From an uncultured Gemmatimonadales bacterium (GTDB lineage: Bacteria; Gemmatimonadota; Gemmatimonadetes; Gemmatimonadales; GWC2-71-9), in assembly GCA_963842945.1 (NCBI GenBank), contig CAWJIM010000023.1:192001-256000 (forward strand): 64,000 nucleotides of DNA, written 5' to 3'. The translations under genes and the position numbers were made by a program. The notes beneath the pieces were generated by a model. It was not told where the DNA came from, did not search any database, and saw nothing but the letters and a program-made list of their open reading frames with translations. Below, piece by piece: positions 54,574 to 64,000 of the stretch. Each line of letters begins with the position of its first letter. Position 1 is the stretch's first letter.

Positions 54574-57356
54574 GCCCCCACCGCACCGCGCACCAGATCG
54601 CTGCGGCGCTCCTGCTCGGGTTACTGCCCTCGGCGCTCTGGGCCCAGGCGGAGGGGGCCATAGCGGGGCGGGTGTATCAGAGCGGCACTGATCGGGCACT
54701 GGCCCAGGCCCAGATTCTGGTGGATGAGCGGGTTCGCGCGATCACCGATACCGGAGGCATTTACCGGGTTCGCGGCATCCGGAGTGGTTGGCACAGCCTG
54801 GCGGCACGGGCAATCGGCTACCGCAGCATCGTCAGGGACAGCGTGTTCGTGCAGGCCGGCGGTACCGTGACCATCGATTTCCCGCTGGAGACCAATCCGC
54901 TGAAACTGGAGCCGCTGGTGGTCACCGCGCCGGTGGACCCGGTGCTCGATCCACTCGCCACCTCAACCGAGCAGAAGATTACGGCGGCGGACCTGAGGGA
55001 GTTGCCGGTCAGCTCTCTGCAGGAGGCGGTGGCCTTGTCGGCCGGAAGCGTGGGCGAGAGCTACCGAGGAGGCCGACTGGGGGAAGAGGCCTTCATTCTG
55101 GATGGACTGGGCGTGAAGAATCAGCTCGACGCTGCCAGCGGCGGGTTGGGACTTACCATCCCCCCAGACGTCCTCAGCGAAGCATCGCTGGTGACCAACG
55201 GCTTTTCGGCCCGTTACGGCCAGGCCATCTCCGGCCTCATCAACGTGGTCACCAAGGAGCCAACCACGAACTGGGAAGGTCGGGTGGGATACGAGACCGA
55301 CCGACCCTTCGGCGGCAGCTGGGACTACGGACTGGACCGTTTCATCGCCCAGGGAAGTGGGCCCGTGGTGGGCAGAATCGGAGTGGTTGCCGCCCTGGAT
55401 GTCACCGGCCGGCTGGACGCAGACCCGGTCAACGCTCCAGCGGCCACCGATCCGCGCGACCCTCGGACCGCCTCGCCGGCACTTCTGCCCCATAACAGCA
55501 GCGAGCTGTGGAGCGGCCTGGGCAAGATCACGGTACCGGTGAACGACCGGATAACGCTGCGGCTGATGGGCCTCCATTCGGAAAATCAGAGCCTGCTGTT
55601 CGATCCTGCTTACAAGTACGATCTCGCCCTCGCCCCGGGACAGCGGGTACAGGGAAACCTGCTCACCGGCCATGCGCAGTATGCCAGTGGCCCCGGCACC
55701 AGGAAGCCGCTGATCATGGACCTCCGGGTGGCGCGCTTCACCCGTGAGTTCCTGCGGGGAACGCTTGATGGCGACGTGGACTACGCGTTCGGCGGACTCA
55801 CCGGGAAGCGTTTCCACTTCGTCGGCGAAGACGTGGCCCGAAACCAGGAGCCCTCGCTCGATCCTATCCCCGGATTCCAAACCCCTCTGCCGAGCACCGC
55901 GTCCCCCTATGGCGTACCCGGGTTCTTCCTCGGGAGTGGCTCACAGGGAAGCCTGGGATGGAGCCGCTTCGGCGAGACACGAGGCCAGCTCGACGCCACC
56001 TACGGGGCCGGCGAGAAGGTGGATCTGTTCTTCGGAGGGGAGGTGGTGCGGCAGCAGGTTGGCACGTACCGCCGGGTCATGGCCTACCTGCCCGTGGGCT
56101 TAGGTGATAGCGTGCCACCGACTGCGGTCTCCACCTTTTCGCCGACCAGTGCCGCGGCATATGTCGAAGCCCAGGTCCGCATCACCGATCTGGCCTTTAC
56201 CCTGGGCGCCCGCTACGACCAGTTCAACGCCGGAAGTGAGCTGGCAGCCGAGTCGCGGGGCTCGCAGCAGAAGTTAAGTCCGCGGTTCGCGGTCTCGACC
56301 GTCCTGAAGGGGGCCACGTTCGTGGCCAGCTACGGTCGCTTTTCTCAGGCGCCGGACTACCAGTTCCTGGTGGATGCCGCGTTCGACGATACCACCCGCA
56401 CCGGGCGCTTTCGCCGGGGAAACCCGAACATCGGCTTTGAGGACGCGGTCCAGTACGAGTTCAGTCTGCGGGTTCGGCCCACCCCGATCACCTCACTGCG
56501 ACTGGGCGCCTACGTGAAGCGGCTCGACGGCCTGGTAGCCTCGGTGCCGCTGGGCCTCGATCCCGATTCGACCATCTACGGCAACGCCGACGCTGGGACG
56601 GTAAAGGGGCTGGAGTTGCTCCTCGAGCGCGACCTGAAAAATGGGTTCGGCGCTCGGCTCATTTACACACTGCAGAGTGCCAGCGCCACGGCAAGCGACG
56701 CTTTTCTGCTGAACCGTGTCTTCTCGATCGATCCCCAGACCGGAGACACGATCCGGCCGGCCCACGCCGAGTTCCCGCTGGACTTCGACCGCCGGCACAC
56801 GCTGACAGCCATTCTCCGAAGCCGGGTGTCTGACAGTGTTGGACCCCGTGTCTTCGGGTCACACATAATCGGCGGTCTCGAGGCAGCGGCCATTGGACGG
56901 GTGGGGACAGGGCTGCCCTATTCCGAAACCAACCTCTCGGGCGATTCGCTGATCGGGCTGCCCAATTCGCGGAGATTGCCCACGAGCTACACGCTCGACT
57001 TCCTGGTCCGGCGACCGTTGCAGCTGGGCGGCGTGCGTGGCGGAGTGTACCTGGACATGCGGAACGTGCTGAACCGGCAGAACATCGTTGCCGTGCGACG
57101 GGATACCGGACAGCCTGGGCCGGACGACAACGCGGTCAATGCGGTGGCGGAAGAGGCGTATGCCGCACATCCGGAGGACATCCCCTACGAATCTCCCTAC
57201 TACCGTCCCTCGGCCGACATCAACGGGGATGGATATATCTCGGGCAGGGATGAGCTGTTTCCGCTTTACCTGGCGGCGGCCCGGGATTTCACTCAGCCGC
57301 TCTTCACGTACGGTCCCCCTCGCCTGGTCCGGCTGGGGGTCGAGTTCTTGTTCTGA
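54570..57356 (+). CDS. TonB-dependent receptor with N-terminal carboxypeptidase-regulatory-like domain
   Basis: Signal peptide, IAGRV..TDTGGIY, plug RGG..ILDG..FSARYG..SGLINVVT, SPRFAV, C-terminal PRLVRLGVEFLF. Confidence 0.9.
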   Translation: MSPHRTAHQIAAALLLGLLPSALWAQAEGAIAGRVYQSGTDRALAQAQILVDERVRAITDTGGIYRVRGIRSGWHSLAARAIGYRSIVRDSVFVQAGGTVTIDFPLETNPLKLEPLVVTAPVDPVLDPLATSTEQKITAADLRELPVSSLQEAVALSAGSVGESYRGGRLGEEAFILDGLGVKNQLDAASGGLGLTIPPDVLSEASLVTNGFSARYGQAISGLINVVTKEPTTNWEGRVGYETDRPFGGSWDYGLDRFIAQGSGPVVGRIGVVAALDVTGRLDADPVNAPAATDPRDPRTASPALLPHNSSELWSGLGKITVPVNDRITLRLMGLHSENQSLLFDPAYKYDLALAPGQRVQGNLLTGHAQYASGPGTRKPLIMDLRVARFTREFLRGTLDGDVDYAFGGLTGKRFHFVGEDVARNQEPSLDPIPGFQTPLPSTASPYGVPGFFLGSGSQGSLGWSRFGETRGQLDATYGAGEKVDLFFGGEVVRQQVGTYRRVMAYLPVGLGDSVPPTAVSTFSPTSAAAYVEAQVRITDLAFTLGARYDQFNAGSELAAESRGSQQKLSPRFAVSTVLKGATFVASYGRFSQAPDYQFLVDAAFDDTTRTGRFRRGNPNIGFEDAVQYEFSLRVRPTPITSLRLGAYVKRLDGLVASVPLGLDPDSTIYGNADAGTVKGLELLLERDLKNGFGARLIYTLQSASATASDAFLLNRVFSIDPQTGDTIRPAHAEFPLDFDRRHTLTAILRSRVSDSVGPRVFGSHIIGGLEAAAIGRVGTGLPYSETNLSGDSLIGLPNSRRLPTSYTLDFLVRRPLQLGGVRGGVYLDMRNVLNRQNIVAVRRDTGQPGPDDNAVNAVAEEAYAAHPEDIPYESPYYRPSADINGDGYISGRDELFPLYLAAARDFTQPLFTYGPPRLVRLGVEFLF

Positions 57357-58273
57357 GCCAGGTCCTCCTTCAGTAGCGCCTTGTTGATGGCCATCCCGGC
57401 CTCCGCGCCCTCCGCTGCGGCAACAATAACGAACTGCGCCTCCTTGCTCGCATCCCCCGCCACGTAGAGCCCCGGCACGTCGGTAGCCTCGCAGGTGCCG
57501 GTATCAACCGCTCCCTTGCTGGTGAAGCGGCAGCCGAGCTTTCGAGCTAGTGGGCTTCGCTGGTGTTGTCCCGAACAGATGAAGAGCGCTTTTCGAGGTA
57601 AGGGTTCTCCGGTTTCGAAGACAATCCGCTCCAGCATCCCTTCCCTTCCCTCGAGCCGCGCCACCCGCTCTTCCCGGAGCTCGATCCCTTCCCGGCTCAG
57701 CTGCTCCAGCTCTTCCTCGGAGAGGCCAGTTGGGCCGTTGGTACAGAGCACCAGGTCCCTGCTCCACACCGTCAATCCCAACGCTAAAGCCTTGCCCTCC
57801 TCCCCACTCCCATAAACGGCTACCGGCTGATCCCGCCACTCCCAACCATCGCAGTAGGGGCAATGGTGTACGCTGGTTCCGTAGAGTGACTGAAGTCCCT
57901 CCAGCTCTGGAAGCTCGTCCACCACTCCTGTGGCCAGCAACAGCTTTCGCGCTGCAATCTGGCGTCCATCCGCGCACACAAGACGGAACCCATCAGGTGA
58001 ACGGGCGGCATCCAGCACCTCGACCTGGCGGAACTCGACGCTGGGATAACGGGCCACTTCCTGGCGTGCATGTTGGAGGAACTCGGCCGGCGGAGTTCCG
58101 TCCCGGGTTAGATAGTTGTGAAGGCCGGCGGACCGGATGTTTCTGGGCTCGCCGATGTCGCACACCAGCGCCTTGCGGCAGCAGCGTCCCAGCATCAGCG
58201 CGGCGCTCAGCCCTGCGGGCCCAGCCCCGACGATGACGCAGTCGTATGTCAGCCGGGGCGAGTCGGTGGTCAT
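57293..58273 (-). CDS. Thioredoxin-reductase-like NAD(P)/FAD oxidoreductase
   Basis: IVGAGPAGLSAA, LLLATG, HCPYCDGWE, VPGLYVAGD. Confidence 0.9.
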   Translation of the reverse strand: MTTDSPRLTYDCVIVGAGPAGLSAALMLGRCCRKALVCDIGEPRNIRSAGLHNYLTRDGTPPAEFLQHARQEVARYPSVEFRQVEVLDAARSPDGFRLVCADGRQIAARKLLLATGVVDELPELEGLQSLYGTSVHHCPYCDGWEWRDQPVAVYGSGEEGKALALGLTVWSRDLVLCTNGPTGLSEEELEQLSREGIELREERVARLEGREGMLERIVFETGEPLPRKALFICSGQHQRSPLARKLGCRFTSKGAVDTGTCEATDVPGLYVAGDASKEAQFVIVAAAEGAEAGMAINKALLKEDLAQNKNSTPSRTRRGGPYVKSG

Positions 58274-59016
58274 CCGCCCGTGGGAACGGCGGCTTCCATC
58301 ACCTGTTTGAACCGGCGGAGATCATCATCCACCTGCGTCGAAGGCTCCTCGCCCAGGAGCTTGGCCACCACAGCTCCCAACTTTCCGGCTGGCGGCTGAT
58401 AGCTCAGGACTACGCGTACTTCGGTAGCGCCGTCACCCACGGGGGTAAAGTGCACCGATCCCGCGTTGTTGACGTCGGCCTTGGGGAGAGACCGCCAGGC
58501 GATGAGCTCGTTCTCGATCTCGTTGTGGATCGTGGCTTCCCATTCCACCCGGGTGCCGGCCGGGGCCTTGGCCACCCAGTGCGACCGGTTTTCATCGAGC
58601 ACCGTCACCGATTCGAGGTGGTCCATGAATCGAGGCAGGTTCTCGAAGTTCCGCCAGAACTGATACACCTCGTGGACGGGACGGCTTACCACGACGCTCC
58701 GCTCTACCTTGATTCCCTCGCCGCGTGGAACACTTGCTACCGGGCTCACGCGATTTTTCCGGGCCGAGTTTCTTCCCAGGGCGCGATTAATCGGGCAGTG
58801 ACCGGTGACCGCTCGGGAAAAGAGGCTCCCCGCCACCGGCAGGAGGAACGGCCGCAGCCGCTTCCGGCGAAGTCCGACCACTGCTACGGCAGCGGCGGCC
58901 AGCCCGGAGATCACCCGCTCGGTCCTGCCTACGTTGATCTCGTTCTCGTCCTCGGCTGGACGCCGAAGATTTTCCCAGCGCTCGTTCGAGACGACCCCGT
59001 TGTACGTCGATGCCAT
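58270..59016 (-). CDS. SRPBCC (polyketide cyclase-like) protein with YgaP-like N-terminus
   Basis: INVGRTERVIS, VTGHCP, YQFWRNFENLPRFM, IAWRS, DDLRRFKQVME. Confidence 0.88.
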   Translation of the reverse strand: MASTYNGVVSNERWENLRRPAEDENEINVGRTERVISGLAAAAVAVVGLRRKRLRPFLLPVAGSLFSRAVTGHCPINRALGRNSARKNRVSPVASVPRGEGIKVERSVVVSRPVHEVYQFWRNFENLPRFMDHLESVTVLDENRSHWVAKAPAGTRVEWEATIHNEIENELIAWRSLPKADVNNAGSVHFTPVGDGATEVRVVLSYQPPAGKLGAVVAKLLGEEPSTQVDDDLRRFKQVMEAAVPTGG

Positions 59017-59045
59017 TGAGCCTTCCTTCGCAGATATCGTGGTAA

Positions 59046-60146
59046 TCACCTGGCTTTGGGCGGATGGGCTGCCAGCTGATTGTACTTGCGCGCCGCCCGG
59101 TCGCCCAGCCGGGTAAGCCAGGAAGGAGAGATCCAGGATTGGCTCTCCGCGCCGGTATGCCGGCTCCGATCGAGGCTGCCGGCGCCCGGCAAAACCCGAT
59201 CGACCAGACCCAGCAGGTTGGCGGTTGCGCCGGGCGCGATCGCATTGATTACCGCCGCCACTTTGGCAACAGCCGGGAACAAGACCTCCGCATCACCTCT
59301 TCGGCAGGCCTCGACGATTCGCCGCGCAGCGCTCTCGACACTGATCGACAGGCCCGGTAGGGAGTCGCTGATACTGAACCAGGCGTATTCGGCCCGGTGC
59401 CGTCCCCGGAAAATCGCGTTGCGCGGACTTCCGGTGCGCATCAGCCCCGGCACCACGGTTACAACCTTGATGCCGTCCGCCGCGACCTCGGCCCGGAGGC
59501 CCTGAGAAAATCCCACCGCGGCAAACTTGCTGGCGCTATAGGGGAGCAGACGCGGAATGCCCAGCTTCCCTCCAATAGACGTGATGTTCACGATCCGCCC
59601 CGCGCGCCGTTGCCGCATGTCGGGCAGCACGGCGAGCGTGGGGTAGAGCATGCCCCAGAAGTTGGTGGCCAGGGCCTCCTCGTAGTCGGCAACGGACATG
59701 GTTTCCGCCGGCCCCACTTCGATGACGCCGGCGTTGTTGATCAGTACGTCCACCGAACCGAGGCCGCGGCTGACCTGATCCACCAGATCCTGCACCGAGC
59801 CGCGGTCGGTCACGTCGCAAGCAATGGCCATGACCTCGGCCCCGGCGCGGGCAAGTGAAGCCCGGGCTCGTTCCAGCGACTCGGGATCGCGGCCACAGAT
59901 TGCGAGACGAGCTCCGCGCGCCGCCATTTCCCGGGCCAGGGCAAGCCCGAGCCCGCGCGACCCGCCGGTGATAAGCACCACCCTGTTCCTGAGCGGGTAT
60001 CCGTCACCGGACCGAAGCAGCCGGACCATCCAGAACGCCCCGAGCGCTGTAGCAGCTGCCAGCTGCATCCGGTCGGATCGTCGTCTCAGCAGAGGCCGCA
60101 CTGGGTCTGGCGAAGCTCCCGAACTACTCCGGTTTCGCTGAGCCAT
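59046..60146 (-). CDS. Short-chain dehydrogenase/reductase
   Basis: ITGGSRGLG, INNAG, YSASK. Confidence 0.92.
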   Translation of the reverse strand: MAQRNRSSSGASPDPVRPLLRRRSDRMQLAAATALGAFWMVRLLRSGDGYPLRNRVVLITGGSRGLGLALAREMAARGARLAICGRDPESLERARASLARAGAEVMAIACDVTDRGSVQDLVDQVSRGLGSVDVLINNAGVIEVGPAETMSVADYEEALATNFWGMLYPTLAVLPDMRQRRAGRIVNITSIGGKLGIPRLLPYSASKFAAVGFSQGLRAEVAADGIKVVTVVPGLMRTGSPRNAIFRGRHRAEYAWFSISDSLPGLSISVESAARRIVEACRRGDAEVLFPAVAKVAAVINAIAPGATANLLGLVDRVLPGAGSLDRSRHTGAESQSWISPSWLTRLGDRAARKYNQLAAHPPKAR

Positions 60147-60408
60147 CGTTTTGTCGCACAGCCTGGCGCCGCACGTTACGCTGGTGCTCCTTGTCGTCCA
60201 GCACGGCGCTCATTCCGTCACGGTGCTCCGGATCGGCCACTTCCTGGCTCAAACTGGAGTAATGTGGCCCCATGTTGTCCTCGTTCCGGGGGTCCTCGAA
60301 ATCCAGCTCGGCCGTATGACCCTGCGTCCCTTCTTCTGCCTCGAGCGCAAAGCGGCGGCGCTCGTCTTCACTCATCGTCGCGAATTCACGGCTGAGATTT
60401 TTTGCCAT
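60124..60408 (-). CDS. Small acidic hypothetical protein (KGG/GsiB-like N-terminus)
   Basis: Overlaps both neighbours in the operon; REFATMSEDERRRFA resembles RGFASMD-ER-REIA. Confidence 0.6.
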   Translation of the reverse strand: MAKNLSREFATMSEDERRRFALEAEEGTQGHTAELDFEDPRNEDNMGPHYSSLSQEVADPEHRDGMSAVLDDKEHQRNVRRQAVRQNDGSAKPE

Positions 60409-61279
60409 GGGCTTGACTCCCGGTAGTGGCCTCGAGCAGCGCCTTCATGCGCCCGAGGTCCTCGTTCAGTTTGGCTCTGGGATCCGAGCCGAGCAGCTCG
60501 GCAACCGCCCGGCCGGCGCCTCCGGCAGGCGGACGGTAGCAGAATCGCAGATCCACCCTGGTTCCGTTGCCACTCGAGCTGAATCGAATGATCCCGGCGT
60601 TTTCCAGCATTGAGGCGGGCTCGCTCCGCCAGGCGATGACTTCATTCGGCGTCTGCTGCGTCAAGCTGGCCTGCCACTCGATCGGAACGCCTCCCGGCCC
60701 ACTGACGCTCCAGCGGGAGCGGCCTTGTCCCAGATCCTCCACTTCCCGCACGTGGGACATGAACAGCGGGAAGTTCTCGTAGTTGCTCCAAAAGGCGTAC
60801 ACCTGATCCAGAGGAGCCTCGATGTACAACGTTTTCTGAACATCTACGACTCGCCGGCGGTCGAGACTGGGTAATGCACCGAGGAAACTTTCTCCCCCTG
60901 CGGACCTCATCAGCATGCCGGTGCCGACGGTTCGGAGCAGACTGCCCCAAGCCCCGCGCCGGATCAGCCCGTAGAGCGCCAGAGCCGCTCCAGCCATGCG
61001 GAGGGCAGAGCCGATCGACTCACCGGGAAACGATCCCTGATTCTGGCCCAGGCTGGCCGCGCCGAGCCCCTGCAAATCACCTACGCGCCCGCCATACCGC
61101 AGCACACTCCGATGCGACAGGCCGGCGCTCCCGGCGAGACTAAACCGTGCTTCCCCGATCAGGGGCGCCAAGCGCCGGCTTAACTGTTCCCGCCGGAAGC
61201 TGCCCCGTTCTGGATCGAGGAAGTAGACCAGGCCTGCACCGACGGTGAGGCCACTGACAAAGGTCTTGGTGCCGGACAT
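60386..61279 (-). CDS. SRPBCC-family protein with N-terminal membrane anchor
   Basis: GAGLVYFLDPERG, YAFWSNYENFPLFM, IAWRS, EDLGRMKALLE; RBS GGAGGA. Confidence 0.88.
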   Translation of the reverse strand: MSGTKTFVSGLTVGAGLVYFLDPERGSFRREQLSRRLAPLIGEARFSLAGSAGLSHRSVLRYGGRVGDLQGLGAASLGQNQGSFPGESIGSALRMAGAALALYGLIRRGAWGSLLRTVGTGMLMRSAGGESFLGALPSLDRRRVVDVQKTLYIEAPLDQVYAFWSNYENFPLFMSHVREVEDLGQGRSRWSVSGPGGVPIEWQASLTQQTPNEVIAWRSEPASMLENAGIIRFSSSGNGTRVDLRFCYRPPAGGAGRAVAELLGSDPRAKLNEDLGRMKALLEATTGSQAHGKKSQP

Positions 61280-61337
61280 GGAATCCTCCAATTCGCGAGA
61301 TTGTGACGAGCTGCTTTAAAATCTCGCGCACTCCCCC

Positions 61338-61587
61338 GCGTTGACAAAGTGGTGAATTGACGCGAGCCTTCTGTGACGAGACTCACAGGATTTTGGGGGC
61401 ACCGGTCCCGGACTTCGGCAGCCAAGATCGCAACATTTGACCCCGCCAAAAATCAGTTAGGCCCCGGCATTTCCCAGAAGCAATCGAGAGCACTCGAGAT
61501 TGCCGGAGCAGCAGGACTGCTCTGGGAAAGGAAGGTTTATAGGACCCGCAACCGAGATTCGCCCGGCCGGAGCTCATTTGTCAACGC
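61338..61587. repeat. Perfect 11-bp inverted repeat bounding a 250-bp intergenic segment
   Basis: GCGTTGACAAA at 61338-61348 and TTTGTCAACGC at 61577-61587. Confidence 0.8.
61372..61387. promoter_or_regulatory. CRP-family binding site
   Basis: TGTGA-CGAGAC-TCACA, exact CRP core consensus between divergent operons. Confidence 0.55.
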
Positions 61588-61598
61588 ACGAGCACGTC

Positions 61599-64000
61599 AT
61601 GCAGCCTCACTATGCGATTGTAGTTTTTTCCCACCTTCGCTGGAGCTTCGTTTATCAGCGTCCTCAGCACCTGCTTTCCCGGCTGGCCGCTACCCGACCG
61701 GTTTTTTTCGTCGAGGAGCCAGAGTTCGACCGAAATGGCCCTCCCCGCTGGGAGCGCAGCAGCCCGCAACCCAACGTGGTGGTCCTGCGGCCTCAGACCC
61801 CGGTCGGGCCCCGGGCTTCGACGCCGACCAGCTTCCCCTGCTGGAGCCGCTGATTGCCCAGCTGGCCGAGGCGCTGGAAGGTCGACCCATCGTTACCTGG
61901 TTGTATACCCCGATGGCCCTGCCGCTGGCTCAAGCCTTGTCTCCGGCTGTAGTGGTCTATGACTGCATGGATGAGCTCTCGCTGTTCCTGGGCGCTCCGC
62001 CCGAGCTGCTTGAGCCGCGAGGCGGCAGCTGCTGGAGTGTGCCGATGTCATGTTCACCGGCGGGCCCAGCCTGTTCCGGGCAAAGCAGTCCCGCCACCCG
62101 AACGTGCACTGCTTTTCCAGCAGCGTGGACGCGGCCACTTTCGGCTGCGGGACGACGAGGACGGCGTTCAGCGAGGCGGAGGACCAGGCGCGCTCTTCCG
62201 CATCCGCGGCTGGGCTTCTACGGCGTGATCGACGAGCGGCTGGACCTGGCCTTGATCGACCGCATCGCCGAGGCACACCCGGAGTGGCAGATCGTGCTGG
62301 TCGGTCCGGTGGTCAAGATCGATCCCGACCAGTCTGCCGCGTCGAGCCGAACATCCACTACTTCGGCCAGCGCACCTACGACGAGCTGCCCGGCTATCTC
62401 GCCGGCTGGGACGTGTGCCTGCTCCCGTTCGCCCGGAACGACGCCACCCGAGTTCATCAGTCCGACCAAGACGCTCGAATACATGGCGGCGGAACTGCCC
62501 GATCGTCAGCACGCCGATCACCGATGTGGCCGAGCCGTACGGCGACATCGTCTATCTCGGCGACACGCCGGCGGAGTTCCTGGCCGCGTGCGAGGCGGCG
62601 CTGAACGCAGGCGCCTGAGGAACGGGCCAGCCGGACCGACCAGGATGCGCGGGGTGCTGGCCGGCACGTCCTGGGACGTCACGGCCTGCAGCGATGGAGA
62701 AACTGCTGCGCAATGCCGCGGTGGCAAAGGCTACGAAACCGCCGTGCCGAGCTGTAAACACTCTGAAAGGATTCGAGGGTCCTCCGCATGCCACCTCGAA
62801 CATTCGGATACCTCGGAATCCGTCAGCACCGGTGGTCGTGGTCGGGGCGGGTCCGACCGGCTGAGCGCGGCCTACCACCTCGGACGAGACCGCTCTGCTC
62901 GTGGAGCAGGCCGACCGCGTCGGCGGCTGGTGCCGGTCGATCGAGGACAATGGCTTCACCTTCGACATGGCCGGCCACATCATGTTCTCCAACGATCCGT
63001 ACGTCCACGAGATGTACGAGATGCTGCTGGGCGACAACGTCCACTGGCAGGACCGCGAGGCGTGGATCTACAGCAAGAGCGTCTACACCCGCTATCCGTT
63101 CCAGGGCGCGCTCTACGGTCTGCCGCCGGACGTAATCAAGGAATGCATCGTCGGGCGCGATCGAGGCGCGGTTCGGCAGCCTCACCGCCAAGAAGCCGGC
63201 CGCCGACAAAGGCGACCAACGACGATTATACAGGTCCCGAGCGGCGCGGCATGTTCGAGCCGCTGATGAAGGCCGGCGGAACGCGGCAAGCGGCTCGCGT
63301 ACTCGGGTCAGGAGCGGCGAACTACTGCGACCCACAAAGGCGAGCCACGGAACTTCGAGGAGTTCATCTACAAGGTGTGGGGCGCCGGGATCGCCAAGCA
63401 CTTCGCCATCCCGTACAACCGGAAGCTCTGGGCGGTGCCGCTGGACGAGATGGAGACCTCGTGGCTGGGCGGGCGGGTGCCGCTCCCGAACCTCGAGGAG
63501 ATGATCGAGGGCGCGCTGTCGCCGGTCGCCAAGCCGATGGGCCCGAATGCGCGCTTCGGCTATCCGCTGCGCGGCGGGTTCCAGGCGCTGATGGACGGCT
63601 TCCTGCCGCACCTCAAGGGCGAGCTTCGGCTGAAGACCAGGGTCACCGCCGTATCGCCTTCAACGGCATACGGTGACCCTGTCGCGACGGAAGCGTCGTT
63701 CCCTACGAATACCTGATCAGCACCATGCCGCTGCCCGCACTCATTCGCGCGATCGGCGACGAAGCTCCGGCCGAGGTGCGGCGGGCGGCGGCCGGCACTG
63801 CGGCACGTCTCGGTACGCTGCGTGAACATCGGCGTCGGACGGGAGAACCTGACCGAGAAGCACTGGATCTACTACCCGGAGGACACGGTCTTCCACCGGA
63901 TCTTCGTGCAGGGCAACGCGAGCCCGCACTGCAATCCGCCGGGCGGCTTCGGACTGACCTGCGAGATCACCTACTCCGACGCCAAGCCGCTGCCGGCGAC
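61599..64000 (+). CDS. Glycosyltransferase fused to a UDP-galactopyranose-mutase/amine-oxidase-like flavoenzyme (partial, many frameshifts)
   Basis: FSHLRWSFVYQRPQHL, VYDCMDELS, GFYGVIDERLD, ISPTKTLEYMAA; then VVVVGAGPTGLSAA, GGWCRS, FDMAGHI, YPFQ, PYNRKLW, FGYP. Confidence 0.85.

Noticed and set aside
57293..57356. 64-nt convergent overlap of the TrxR-like gene and the TonB receptor
   Set aside because: The overlapping tail lies beyond the conserved domain, and short 3' overlaps are common in GC-rich genomes.

Overview
GC-rich bacterial chromosomal window. Gene content and protein style suggest Gemmatimonadota (inference). About 20 genes, including housekeeping coaE and gcvP, are split by single-base frameshifts, most likely long-read assembly errors. 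Contents in order: (1-16.6 kb) a sulfate uptake operon (porin-sbp-cysT-cysW) next to an Rrf2 regulator, a PAPS-synthesis operon (cysNC-cysQ-cysC-cysD, no reductases) directly downstream of wza-wzc, an Ig-domain lipoprotein and a GT4. (16.6-23.1 kb) a herA-mre11/sbcD-rad50/sbcC-GNAT operon without nurA. (23-41 kb) solo LuxR, ABC exporter, aminotransferase, a catalytically dead DEAD-box/DbpA protein, hup, tdk, coaE, gcvH-gcvP-lipoate ligase and a peptide ABC importer. (41-44.4 kb) an orphan FliA-type sigma factor divergent from an unannotated 59-aa FlgM-like ORF behind a sigma28-type promoter, followed by ridA-phzF-csaA. (44-61 kb) assorted stress, redox and envelope genes, a lipoprotein/TonB-dependent receptor pair and an SRPBCC/SDR cluster. 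(61.6-64 kb) a truncated glycosyltransferase-flavoenzyme fusion behind a structured intergenic region bounded by an 11-bp inverted repeat. No rRNA, tRNA, CRISPR array or transposase was recognised. Best candidates for undescribed systems: the non-flagellar FliA/mini-FlgM module, a putative sulfated-exopolysaccharide locus, the nurA-less HerA-Mre11-Rad50-GNAT operon and the DEAD-box pseudo-helicase.
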